NCBI GenBank assembly: GCA_010405405.1
Contig: MU004233.1
Span: 1,005,122 to 1,069,121, forward strand
From: Microthyrium microscopicum
Lineage: Eukaryota
Length of the DNA: 64,000 bases
Direction of reading: 5' to 3'
Part shown: positions 39,136 through 52,443 of the stretch, piece by piece
Layout of the letters: every line of letters starts with the position of its first letter
Numbering within the stretch: the first letter of the stretch is position 1
Notes under the pieces: model-generated
Databases searched by the model: none
Told to the model about the DNA's origin: nothing
Seen by the model: the letters and a program-made list of their open reading frames with translations, nothing else
Program-made: the position numbers and the translations under genes

Positions 39136-39862
39136 AAAGCGGAAACTCACGATGTAACAAAAAAGTGAAACAAAAAATACACTCCTAGCCCAACGGGCTA
39201 GAAGTGTAATAAAAGCCTATTACGGCTTTTTCGTCAACTGTGTCTGGAGTTACCTAGGTATTGTCGCTATTTTGCTCTGTCGTTATCACTGTATGCTTCG
39301 TCACGCATTGTGGAGCTATACCTAGGTATGTTGTTATTCTCCCTTCATCATTATCCGTTTGACTTCGATAATGACTGATGGAACCCTGCATTAGTCATCC
39401 ACATGTTTTGTGGTGCGTAATGCATTGATTGGTCCAGCTGCTGACAAAGATGAGTGAGAATATCAGCTCAATTCTTTGACCCGCTGGACCACCTATTTCG
39501 TTAGTTAACAATAAATGGCACTAACTGAGTATATAGCCTACAACATGGCTCCAGTACTTCTTTGCGTTACAAGTCATTAGCCACTCTATATCTCTAGAAT
39601 TTTGCCAATCCAGTCGAACCGCAAATACATGAAATTCAGTTATATTAGGTCATCATGCGATTTATAGGGAAATCGACTCCTTGGATTCCAATCTGACCTC
39701 CTGGAGCTCTTCACAGACTTCCCATACCACACGATACACAGCAGTAAGTAGACTGAGACGGGATATTATTACTATGAAAACATATAAACCTATGCCTACT
39801 AATGCTTAAGGCTTTTATCTTCTTTCAGGATCAATAATTTCTCCCCGGTATAGTTCACCTTA

Positions 39863-40692
39863 GGCCAATGTTAATCCGCCACCCTAAAATCACTATCCCG
39901 CCACCCTGAAATCACTATCCCGCCTCCATAGTAATATAAAGATCTAGGCTAGTCCTAAATAGGAAAATACGATAGAGATTAATAGTTATAAAGACTAAGT
40001 ACCTCTCACCTTAAAAAGAGTAGTTACTATCTATTAAAGCTATAAATTAACTCTATAATTTAAAAGATTATTCTAGTAAATAACGAAATTAGAATATATT
40101 TAATATGACTATCTTATTATTCGTAATAGAGGTATTAGTTTATAGTTATAAAGATAGGTTAGTAATATATAAAAATAAAATAAATAGAGAATAGTTAGTA
40201 AAGTTATATTCTATAAATATTTTCTACTTTTAAATTAGTTTAAAGTAGTTAAAATAGCTATTATAATAGTAGCTTATAACTATAAGTTTCTCTTAGAATA
40301 TTTAAGTAAAGTAGCCTATAGTAGGTAAACTAATTAAATAAAAATAAACTCTAGCTACGTACTTATAATAAAGTACTAAACCTATTTAAAAAGTACTAAC
40401 TCTATTTAGAAAGAAAATATTAAGGTTATAGCGTTAGATCTTAGGTTTAGCGCTATAATCTAGATTTCTTCTTTTAGCTATTTTAGGTTAGTAAATACTA
40501 CTAAATAGAGAAGATATTTATAGAATTTTATTTACTAACTATCCCTATATAGCTAGATTATACTTACTTCTAGCCTAAACTATAGAAACCATAGCCTATT
40601 TAGATATAGCCTACTAATTAAAGCAATGGAGGCGGGATAGTAATTTCAGGGTGGCGGGATAGTGATTTTGGGGTGGCGGATTAACATTGGCC
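39863..40692. mobile_element. Non-autonomous Mutator (MULE)-like element, 830 bp, with RIPed interior
   Basis: ~68-bp TIRs starting GGCCAATGTTAATCCGCC with internal tandem subrepeats, and a 9-bp TSD TTCACCTTA (39854-39862, 40693-40701). Confidence 0.9.
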
Positions 40693-41725
40693 TTCACCTT
40701 ACCCATCCATTCCTTCAAGCCCTTCGTTCGATCCGGCACAATCTTGTCCAAGAATTCGTAATCTCTTGTGATCAGACCCTTATTGTCAGCACTAGCCTTA
40801 TACAAGTTCCACCAGTTGGTAAAGTTCTCTCCATAAGTCATCGTCAAGGTGCTGTCATCTTTGGTACTTTGGAATCCAATCTTAGTTTCTGGTCCCTTGG
40901 GCAGATACTGCCAGGCTTCAGCGTTCCAGTATTGGGCGGGAATATCATTGTACTTTGCTGCCTTTTGAGAGTGAGCGGCAAAGGTCTCGGCAAGTTCGTT
41001 TCCAGAGACATGAGCGGTTGCAATACCGAAATCCAGGCCGGTTGACTGCGAAGGGTGGGAAAGTGCCCAGTGGACGTATTTGCCAAAGTCATCAAGGTCG
41101 ATGAAAGGAATTGCGCCGTCAGCTAAAGGCAGGTTGAAAGTAGCACTTCCATCCTCCTCCTTGGTTGGTGTCATGACCAAGGATAGCATCTGAAGATACG
41201 GTCCCGATCGGATGATAGTCCATGCCATCTTGGAGTCTTTCTGGGCATGCATCCATTCTAGATCTAACGTTAGTTGCAATCTCATAAAAAGTGGTTGTGA
41301 TACTCGCCTTGGACTCGAGCTTTGCCTTCATAATGTCCAGCATACAACTTAGGATCATAGTTTGATTTCTTGCCATTGTAGTCCAGACCACTGTAGATCA
41401 AGTGTTTTACTCCGGCTCTGGCAGCGAGCTCAAAGAGGCGAATGCCCCAGAATGTCTCTGCTTGTTCGCCAAGGGCAAATCCATCAGTGTTGACGAGGAC
41501 AAAATCGGCCTCTGAAGCAGCAGCCAGGAATGCGGTAGTGTCGTAACCACTTCCAACGGAGCTTACAGCGAGCTTCACATTTGGTAGGGCCGCGAGGGCT
41601 TCGGCGTGTGCTGAAGTTGCGCTTCTCGTCAGAGCTACGGTGTTATATTCGTTGGTTGTGGAGAGATATTGAGCGACAGCTCCGCCTTGTGCACCTGTGG
41701 CACCAACAATGAGGATTGTTTTCAT
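40614..41725 (-). CDS. NmrA-like NAD(P)-binding protein with a TE-derived C-terminus; GC-AG intron 41258-41307
   Basis: ILIVGATGAQGGAV, ETFWGIRLFELA, HYEGKARV, GPYLQML and IPFIDLDDFG. The native last codons are displaced to 39799-39853. Confidence 0.85.
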
Positions 41726-42551
41726 ATTTGAAGAGTTTTAAAGATTAGTATAGATATTGAAGAAGCTGTTTCTGTTCGAAATGGTCTATTGCGATATGAT
41801 TGTTAAATATCGGCGCCCACGAGCTTCATATACATCTTCTTGTTTACTTGCAGGAAATATCTCGGTCACTGGCACAGTTGACAGGCAACACGATTGAAAT
41901 CCATGATATTGAGCTTCAGACATGCTGTTCGGCTACTTACTAACAAATCATCAGTAAGCTATTAGAAGAGATCAAGGTAGATAGCTCAGAACGTCGAGGT
42001 ACTGCTGCGTCGAGATACCTTGCTTTCGGCAGCTTGGGTGATTACTGATCAAATATTCGGCGTTCAATCGCGAACTCCAGGCAGCTTTAGAACTCGTAGC
42101 CCCTTGAAATCGCCGAACTGGAATAAGACTGGCATTTTTGTTCCAATACCGCATTCAATATCACTGATCATTCGTCATTCTGAACATATGGTTGATCAAC
42201 TCTGGCCGTGTTAAAAACTTGAAGAACAGCGCCCTTCAGAAATGCCTCTGGTGCGGCTCAAGGATTTTGACAACCATCAAAGTGCGGGCGAAACATATCG
42301 GGAGATATTATTCACAAAAGTTGTAATGTGTCCCAATGGACAAATACCTACCTTATACAAGGTGATTTTCCTTTGGTTGGGCTTTGTTCATGCTCTAACA
42401 CACACAAATCGGAGTGACGTCAAGTCAGTATTCTAGAGTAGGTAGTATTAAAACACTTCACTGCAAAGATATTGATCTAAATCCACGTATAAAGAACAAA
42501 AAAAAAGAAATAAAACTTCAAACATGTACTCTGTGAAGCATCGTTTCCACT

Positions 42552-42588
42552 CCCCGCTTTCATCCATTTCCGATGAGGATAACCGAGG
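42552..42588. promoter_or_regulatory. Candidate FarA/FarB site (CCGAGG, 42583-42588) and CreA site (GCGGGG on minus strand, 42552-42557)
   Basis: Exact consensus matches 115-150 bp upstream of a beta-oxidation gene. The motifs are short, so a chance match is possible. Confidence 0.45.
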
Positions 42589-42702
42589 GACGTCTTTCGT
42601 GACGCATTACCACTTCGCCTTACCTTTCGATTGTATACTTACATAACATGACTGCTTCAGTTGTATAGTACTTGTTATTCACATATACAGGAATAAAATA
42701 GC

Positions 42703-45016
42703 ATGCCAGACTTTACGGATTCTCTCAAGCCGCAATATGATGGGCAGGCTATATTGGAGGCCGAACGCAATCGCTCGCCCATACAAGTTCACGAGCTGTC
42801 CAAGCATCTATTATCGAGAAATAACTTCCTAGAACGTCAAAGCAAGATCGTCAGCATTTTACAAAATGATCCGCTGTTCTCGAAAAGAAATCAGCTCAAC
42901 ATGTCCAGACCAGATCGCTTCCATGTTGGACTGGCACGAAACAAGAAACTGCGAAGACTTGCCAAACAGTATGCCTGGGATCTAGAGGACTACAAAATGG
43001 CCGAATATCTCACAGATGAAATGTCCCCATATCACTTGCAACATGGCATGTTTGCAACAAGTGTGTTCCAGCAGAGCAGCGATGAGCAAAGAGCAGAATG
43101 GCTCCCAGCAGTTCGAGATTTCAAAGTCCTTGGGTGCTACGCGCAGACAGAACTAGGTCACGGAAGTAATGTCAGAGGTGTAGAGGCGACAGCAACATAC
43201 GACTTAAAAGCGCAACAGTGGGTGCTGCATAGTCCTACATTGACTGCGTCGAAGTGGTGGAACGGCGCACTGGGAAGAGTTGCAACTCATGCTGTTGTGA
43301 TAGCCCAGCTACAAATTCCAAAGAAAGAGGGGACTGGCTATGACTCTCATGGTCCACATCAGTTTCTATGTCGTATCAGAGACGAGAAGACCCACCAGCC
43401 TCTTGATGGCATTGTTATAGGTGACATCGGGCCAAAATATGGGTTCGTAATCTCCCAATGAGTATGACAGTGAAGCTTTACTGACGAGTATTCAGTTATG
43501 CCAGTATGGATAATGGCTACATGCTTTTCGATAACTTTCGAATACCTCATTCTGCTCTTCTCTGCAGATACAGCAAAGTTGATCCGAAGACTGGAGCCTT
43601 TCAACGTCAAGGACATCCTGCGATTGTGTATGGCACGCTCACAGCCACACGTGGTGCCATCATATTGAATGCTCGTTTGGTGCTGGCTCGAGCAGTGACT
43701 ATTGCAATAAGATATACCTCCATCAGACGCCAATTCCAGGACCGTGATGCAGAAACATCTAGTCAAGAGGTAGCAGTTCTGGATTATCCAACAGTTCAGA
43801 TCAGATTGTTACCTCTGTTGGCAACGTCTCTGGCCTTACACTATACTGGTGAAGCAGTTTCCGATCACTTCAAGAAGTCCGCAGCGAAGATAGAAAATGG
43901 CGACTTTTCAGCTTTGGCGGAAATGCATGCTTTGTCTTCTGGGCTAAAAAGCCTCTGTACACAATATGCCGCAGACGGAATTGGTAAGACTTACCCCTAT
44001 TCCCTCCATCATGTCGACCTAACAGATCTAGAAACATGTCGAAGATCAATGGGAGGTCATGGTTTTCACGGTGCTAGCGGACTGGTTGGAATCAACTCAG
44101 AGTATAAAAATCGTACAGCAACATGATACCAATCACTAACCTTCTAAGCTATCTTTCAAAACCAACTGTGGAAGGCGATAACTGGATGATCACGCAGCAA
44201 GTGGCAAGCTATTTGATCAAGAAAATGGACGAAGTTGTCACCAATACGGCTGGAAAGTCAAAAGACACTGTTGTCGGCCAATTTCAGAGCTTTCTCACAG
44301 CGAAAAAGCCGTTCTATACACTTTTTCAAGGATCCGAAATCAATGCAAAAGAAATATTGAACGCATTCGAATGGAGATCTGCTTATTTGGTCTGATTCCC
44401 TACACTAGTTCTATATCTGACGACATTCACTGACTATATTCTTTGTAGAGCCACGAAGCATACCAGGCAAGAATTGTGCAGAAGAAATCATGGACGAGTT
44501 TGCTTATCCAGCTTCACAAACTAAGCAGAGGTAAGTATCTCTGTTCTTTCCAAAGATTACTGAAAGAGTTTAACAGTTCTATTAGCCTATTCGGAAATGG
44601 TTTTAGTCACAAACTTCTTCAATGCCATACAGAGCTCAAATCTGTCTATCGAAACAGCAAAAGTGATTGAGCAATGCTTTTATCTCTACGCCTTATACAC
44701 CATCGACAACGACCCACGATCATTCAGCACCACCGGCGCCGTCGCCGATGCCTCAATGGATGCATTACCCGACCACATTCTCGACATCATGTCTCAGATT
44801 CGACCGCATGCTGTCAAATTAGTAGATGCATGGGCAATACCAGACTATCTGCTCAACAGCGCTCTAGGACGGTACGACGGCAAAGTCTACGAAGATCTAT
44901 TCCATCGAGCACACCATGAGAATCCATTGAACAAAACCACTTTCAATCCCCACTGGGAAGATGAAGAAATTGTTCTTGGAAGTGGAGATGGTGGCAAGAT
45001 CCTTTCGAAACTCTAG
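42703..45016 (+). CDS. Peroxisomal acyl-CoA oxidase (multi-exon)
   Basis: GCYAQTELGHGSNVRG, ASKWW, DIGPKYG, MDNG, TIAIRY, CRRSMGGHGF, PTVEGDN, SALGRYDG and a C-terminal SKL (PTS1). Confidence 0.95.
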
Positions 45017-48000
45017 ATGCATGTATGGAGAAATCTAGAATCCTTCAGCATGTTTGGTCCAGAGTTGCCGCGTAACGAATTGTTCCATGGCCACCTGAAA
45101 TATTCGCGCTTGCGATTCCCATCCAAAGATTGAACGCATGCTTGTCTCTCCCCTATGCGAAAAGAGTCACTAAACGCTCGTCATCGGTGGAATGAACAGC
45201 AATTACACAGGGGCGAAAGAAGCGGTGTTCTCTCAACGCCTTCATACATCAAATATGGGTTTCTGGCTGCTTCTCTTGATGCAGGTACGCCTTACCTGAA
45301 GAATCTTTTTGCCCGTTCGCCAATCTATGCAAGTCGGTCAGTAGCATTTGAGTCTTACGTATATTATAGGAAAGAAAATTTGTTGAGGCTTACGGCCCGT
45401 CCTGTACTGTATATGTACCATGTAGGATAAAAGAACGAGCGGTCAAATTGAGGTTCAATTTGGTCACTTCTGCATGCTAGTATGCAGAGCGTATGCAAGC
45501 CTTCGGAAGTTGTTCAATGGCCCAGTAACCTGGGCCTGGGTAAACTAAGCAAGGAGAAAATTGATACTCTCGGGCGTAACCATGGGATGATATGGATCAT
45601 GTATATTGAGAAGTGGAAGAGTTTAGAGCGTTAATGGTTGGAAAATGATAGTCAGGACTTTGGTCTAGTTCTAATCGACAGATGCATACTGCAAGGAGCT
45701 TTAAACACGTTTTTCAAAGGATTCAGAGGCGGGTAGAACCTTAAATCGGGCTACTTCACACCATCAAGATTCTGTCGGGTCCAGATAGTACCAGCTTGGT
45801 GGAGATAGGAGTGCTCAAGGAGAATAGAGTGTCCTCACGGCACAGGTTGATGCACCGACAAGAATAGAGAATATCAATAAGCGTCAGCCAACGAGAAGAG
45901 GGCGGAGGAAACAAATAGGTAGCGAAGTGCATAATGTCAACAGCCTATAGGCGCCTCTAGACGCCAAATCGCTTTGCTGTTCAAGAAAACTACAGCAAGC
46001 CAAGCTGCAGGAACAGGTGATTGCTGATGCAGATATGGGTGGGATATTCCACGGGTTAGATCTGCATTTGTGATGCATGTTGCTGTCGGGAAGTCCAAGT
46101 CGGGTTATATCGGCGCGCGCTTGAGGTTGTGCTTAGTAGCGCGGTCAATTGTAAAGGAGAAGTAAAAAAGCGTTCATCATACTTCCGAGAGTTGTTCTTT
46201 GGCATTGAGTTCTTTGGGTATTCTTGAGATATGGTGTCGTTTTTTGGATTGTAACGATGAGATCTCGGATGAAGAGAAGCAAGAGAGAAGAGAAAACACA
46301 TTTCCCCACGCTAGGTCTACGTTTTTTGTTTTTCTTTGTAGGCATTAATACCTTCTGATCTTGAAGCTATAGTGCCCCACAGTCCCCACGATGCAGTTTA
46401 GTGGTAGAGTAGTAACCCGATTTCATTGACAATTGCGAAAAGAATCCAGAATCGAATTCTCAATATTCTCATTGGCTTACGCTTTTTCGCACATATCAAA
46501 TTAGGCCTTACTTTCTGTCATGCAACTAAACAATTGTGATTTGCCAGTCTTACAATGTACAGGCAAGCTGGAGTCCTGGAGTCCTGGATCAGCAACAATC
46601 TGGCGATCTACAAAATTAGTTCAACTTTCACTGGATAACGGCGCTGGAAACCAGAATGTTTGTTGATCTTTTCTTCACCTCGAAGTTCGAACGCGTCTTT
46701 CAAGACTTTGGTTCAATTTCGCGCTACTCGAACGACTCAGGGACGGTGTGGCTGAACCAATTTGACGCGATCAAAATTCTGAAACCTTCCTATCTCAAGC
46801 AGATCAGTTCGCAACTCCACTCCTTCTTTCAACCTCAGGAGTCAGCTGCGTCCAGGAGACGTTGGAGCTTCTAGAAAGGGGCGGCGCTTTTGAGACTTTG
46901 GTTTCCCAACGGTCCCACCGTCAAGAGGGGGAAGGTTACACGCACGCGGAACAGACTGTTCGGGAATTCGGGACAATTGCGCACATGTGGCAATCTGCCG
47001 CGAACTATTTTAGGTTCCCAGCGAAAATGCGCACATGCGTATTTCCGAATTGTGACTTCATACGTGATCACGAAGTGGATGGTGATGGGGAGCACAAGAA
47101 CCTGTTGGGAAGGTTGAGATTGGTTCTTGCGTGAACTGCTATTTGCTCAGGTTGGTGACACGACTTTACATGCGCGTCGGCCCGCTTCCATGATTCCTTC
47201 GAAGGATTTGCTTTAATTGCTAGGCGCAGGCACGCAGGATGGAACGATCTAGTGAGCTGTCATCTGAAGTCAGTCCCTCGTAGACTGATCGAGCTTCAAG
47301 AAATGTCTCGTATCAAACTGGCCTATGGGCCCATATTTGGCCGCTTTCAAGGCCATCAGGTCAACCACGAGGCCGGCTAAGTCAGTCATGAATGTAGTGC
47401 GTTCTCGATATATCGCAATGCCATCGCGCGTGCGGGGTAAATGTGGTGATTGCTTGCGAGCATGATCGAGTCGATTCACAACAGCTCGAGATATGCAAGA
47501 TTATGGCTGATTCGTTGTTTGGAAGTGATTCCTGGCCTCATTCGAGCGGCCTGCTGCGAGGTTGCTGTCAGCTGGTAAGATTTGTGAGACGGCAGCACGT
47601 TACCTTTCGAATATGCGGACCAAGACTCTAGGAGAGGGGAAACATGAATGGACGTTGAACGGTAGGAATCGAGATGCAGCTCACTGTTTTCTGCCTTGTT
47701 CATATTGCCTGATTTGTCGAACGACATGAGCTGGCAATGCATCTGCGGGCTGACTGCCTGTCGAGGCGGTGGCAGAGATTTCCATGCAATGGGAATGGAG
47801 AATTCATAATTGCCGTTCTATTCTTCCAATGATATTGCAGTTTTTAAAAAATTGTACAATTAATCAATGGCAAATTTTCTCAAGAGAAAATTGCACGGAC
47901 GGGAGAAATCTCCAAGGCAAAGCTTGCCGTTTTAGAGCTCGAGTGAGAGGGTCCTGCCATTCTAACCTGCATCAATTTAATTGTGTCACAACTCCCTTGT

Positions 48001-51000
48001 TTTGAGTAGGAAATTGGCTTGGAATTCAATATCAAGTTGGTGGTGACAGGATGGTGCTTCTGCTCAATTGGGCTTCAATGCTTCATGGAAGAACAAGATA
48101 AGCCTGAACATGGAGATTACGATTTAGATTTAGAAGTGTGTAACATCCATGAAAGAACTTGTGTATCTTGGTCATACTCGCATTCATAATCCGAAGTCCG
48201 AGTCTATGGAGAATTCATGTTCGTAGTTGAAGAACTCAATGTTTGGAGAGTTCAAAACCTCACGCACCAATGACAACGTCTTATCTGATTGATATGCCCA
48301 TACATTATTAGTTACAGCAACTGCTCAAACTGAGCGAATGAGGATCAGATAAAATAAAATCCTGGGTGGTTTATGCAAATATTAACAGACCCCAGGGGTG
48401 ACCAGCAAGGAGAGCTTGTCCCAAGTTTCGTAACTTCCCAGTGACCTGGCTGATGGAGCGAACCATTAATTTAGCATTCATACATGCATTGAAGACCAGG
48501 CATTACATGTAAAGGAGAAAGAGTAGTTATTCCTTTCTCATGAAGCGAGGTGAGCCCGAAATCCGGAACGCTGTTGTTTCGTGATGTCATGTGTATCCAA
48601 AGTCTCTCCTGAGAAGAAGGCCGGAAAAGTGTGACCCGTTTGACAGAGCGAAACTGGGAGGTTTGGACCAACCTGGGAGACCAAAAAGCAAGAAATTCCA
48701 TCCATTCCCATTCGGGCTTTTCTGCACTTGCCAAGCCCTCCGGTCCCTGGTCGTCGGTTCAGTTCTTTGCTTTTTTCGACCCGCGACTTCGGAAAGCTTG
48801 CGCAGGCGGTTTGATTTTGAGGGATTCAATTGGCTCGCTTCAATAAGATCTGGATGGAGAGATGCAAGTTGTTTGCATGGGAGGCCTTTTTTGCGGCCTA
48901 AGAGGTTAGTGGTCACACAAATCTTGAGATCATTGGGAAAAAGTCCCGACAGGTGTCCAACCTCAGATGGGTGCCGTGGGGTTGGAGAGAGCTTGATCCA
49001 TATCCGATGGAGTACATTGGAGTTGGTATATTCTCTCTCTGCTTTTCTACAACACGTGGATTGGCTCCTCTTACAATACGAAAAGCTTAAAGTTCTTTCC
49101 TCATTCGGACCGACTACTAAGAATCCACATGGCAAGTACGGTAGTAGTTGAAAACTAAAAGTAGTGTTTTGACCCTTTAATCTCAGCAAGGAACAGAGAT
49201 TTCCTAGACCCATATATTTTGCTTTGGCTTTTTCCTTTGAGCCTTAGGAAAACTGGAAGGTTCTCTCGAGAACGCCATAAAAGCCAATTCTCGTTAGGCA
49301 CTCTTTTTTTCTCTCTCAACCACCGGGCGCGGTCCCGAGGATTGACAGACGCCACTTCAACCGCCGGATCAAGCGCTAGAGGAGCAGCACGTTGGCGGAA
49401 GAGAAGCCGATATGCCTATTTGTGTGTGAATGGGCCTGCATCGAACCCTTGCAGCAGGGATAGGCCCGCCCCAGGGACCTGCATGCCGATGGGATGCGAG
49501 CTGAGAATGGTGGGATACCAGAGAGTCTAGGGCGGCCAAGTCGTTGACAAGCAAAAATGACCATTTTTCTCTCTTTGGTGTTTGTGAGTTGTGATATCGT
49601 GGATTGGTTTCTTATGCGTACCGTAGGTAGGAATGGTAGAGATAGGGTTCATGGTGTACCATATCGATATCAAAATCCGCCGGCCCACGAGTTGTGGCGG
49701 TCTTAGGTAACCAAAAGAATTGTCCGTGGCGTTGATTGTGGCCGGCTTCAAAACAGCAAGTTGACTTATCGATAGGGGCTTTTAGATTTTTGAATCCGAC
49801 AGCCGTTGCGATTTTTAACCTGACTGTGAGCAAGACGTATCAATGCGCCTCTCAAGTATGGTTCGGATACTCGTACATCCTTCAAAGAGATCAGTGTCAC
49901 GTCCACAACTTGACAAAGTGAATCCTAAAGTACCTCAAGTAGATTATGATGGGGCAGCACGATATTTCTAGAGGATTCTTGTGCTACAGAAGACATCACA
50001 ATGGAAGACCTGAAGTAGGACAACATCTGTTGAGTAGTTAGCAGTTTGTAATCACCTTTGTGCGAGTCTCGAACCCTCCTAAGAGGTTGGCGAAAAGCAA
50101 ACATAATCGATACGTATCGATTAAATCTGTGGGGGTTTTCCATAGGCCTTGCAATATCCCCAACGCAAAATGCAAACATCAGTTTCCAATTGGGGACGTT
50201 CTATGTGATGGAGATATCTCCTGTTTCGACTTTTTACTACACTCGGCAGCTTGAGACACTGTGATAGAGGAGAATGAGTGTGATGTAGTCCTGAGATTTC
50301 CACCTTCCAATGATTTCATTGTGAAAATCTTGAATCCATGTCTAGTATCTCCTGGTTCGCGCGGTCCTCCAGCGGCCAGAAATACCCAGTGCGCCTCGCA
50401 CTCGCTATAATGATGAGGGATGAAAGCGTGGGACCGAATGCACTTTAGAGCGGGCGGGCGTGTTGTTCCCGTTGTAGACCATTCCATTGTAAGCAGACTA
50501 AGGCACGCGCAAACAGTTTCCATGGCTCCGACAGACGCGGGCTGTCAAAGCGGTCGTAACGGACAGTTTAATGGCTCTACCGCCTAGACGGCACTGCAGC
50601 GGCCAGGAGTTTTTTTGCGACCTCTCACGGAAATGCAAGCGCGAGCAGTCAAAAACGTAGACAATCAGTCGTCTCGCGCTTGTTGACTGTGAACCAGCTC
50701 GAGCATTGTGCGATGGTGCTTGCTCTGCTCGTAGAATGTGAAATAGCAGTAAGGCTTGCACTGGACGAGTTTGGCGCGGCTGCATTACGTGCCTTTTTGT
50801 GGTCAGCTTTCGCATATAGACTCCCTAGACCTGCTATTTTGCATAAGCTATCCGCCTACGCATATGCAGCTTGTTGAGCACGGAAGGTCAGAGTTTTGGT
50901 AGCTACTTTTTTGATAGCAAGACTGAAAGACGAAATATCATTAGTCCAAAGTCCCCTCTCCTGCTTCTTGCCTCTTTGGCTTCTGATCGTCCTTGAACAA

Positions 51001-52443
51001 AACCCGCATCATTCTCCTTGCTTCTCAATTTTCGTTGATACTTGCTGGGCTTTTTCAACCTTTCTTTCTGGATCCCACAGTCGTTAGCCGACCTGGTTTC
51101 GGATTTCTGGCACGTTTTCCAACATCACTGGTGTGATCGATAAAGGCTACGACCCAAAGAGCCGTTTAACCCGAAGGGTTTGGAACCGATACTCTCAACA
51201 TCCTCCCCATTGACGGAAACAAAGTCATTCTGACGTCGTAGATGACTATCGGACCCAGCGGATATATCATATAACAACTCTCCTAGGGTTTGGAGATCAG
51301 TTAGGCTTCCCAGTCATTCCTCGATCTGAGCCACAGGTGACAACCAACACGCCTTGATACACGATTTATGGCTCAACAAAACTGGTCTTCTGTTCAAGTC
51401 GTCTGCGCTTCATAACGCCATTTTATTTCTGGTCAATAGTCATTCTTTACTGCGGTCAAATTCTCTCCGACGACTTTTCTAGGTTGAAGCAGATATTTCA
51501 GCCACCATCGGCCAATATCCCCACAATTCTTGCCTTTCTCATCCCTTGCAAGGTTCGCTCGCCAGGCCAGCCTCTTTTTCCAGGATTATAGAGCCTAGTT
51601 TTTGGGTAATCCAGGCACAAGAGTCTTGCCAGTTTTCGCCGCACGCCGCGTATGTTTCAAGCTTCCCCTTGGACACTCTCAGGCTGCTGCTAGGCGTTCG
51701 TCAATTGTTTCCGGACGAGCTGAACTTGCAAGCCTGGTGTGGAGAGAACCAAAATATCGACTCAGTTACCGTACCGCACCTCGACCCTAGACGACAAGCT
51801 TGAACCAGGTTTTGCGTGCTAGATTTTTAGTAGCTCCCGGTTTGTCCACGCGCAAGTCAGCACGTTTTGGCTCTGCACAGTGTAAAAGCAGCTTGTTTGC
51901 CGCCGGGGACGGGAGGAACTCTGGATTGCAAGCTTTATCAAAGGTTGCTCGCAGACCACAAGTGACGGAGAATTAGTATCTAGGAACGGCATCACATCAG
52001 TCTATTGCATTTTGGTTGTGCATACAAGGACTCGACCAGGATTGCTGCAGCACGGCAGTATTTCGCACCCAAAGGTACCCTGCACCCACCAATCCCGCCT
52101 CGCGCCTTCCCGACCATCGATCCCTACCATCGATCCCTACCAGTCCATCAAAATATCGCGACCTTAGTTGTTGCGAGCCAGCATTAAACCCCAGTAATTC
52201 AGTAGTGTCCCAATCCAGCAAGGCTGCATAACATCAACACGTCCGCCGCCTTGTTCCTTCTCACTTCTCATCTTCCAATCGACACTACTCCCCAGGACCC
52301 CAAATATATCAAAATCAAATCCAGCAGGAACATCCAACACTTTTGGCAAGGACCACCCACCAGTTGGTAGTTGCGACCAACAATATCACCATTCGCACCT
52401 TCCCCGCCGCTGGCAGTCGCACCTGCCTCCCACCACCGCCATC

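Noticed and set aside
39086..39210. Functional tRNA gene
   Set aside because: No complete cloverleaf or A-box could be built, and the T-stem is imperfect.
45155..52349. Numerous short ORFs of 60-208 aa
   Set aside because: Overlapping on both strands, often with non-ATG starts and no recognisable motifs.
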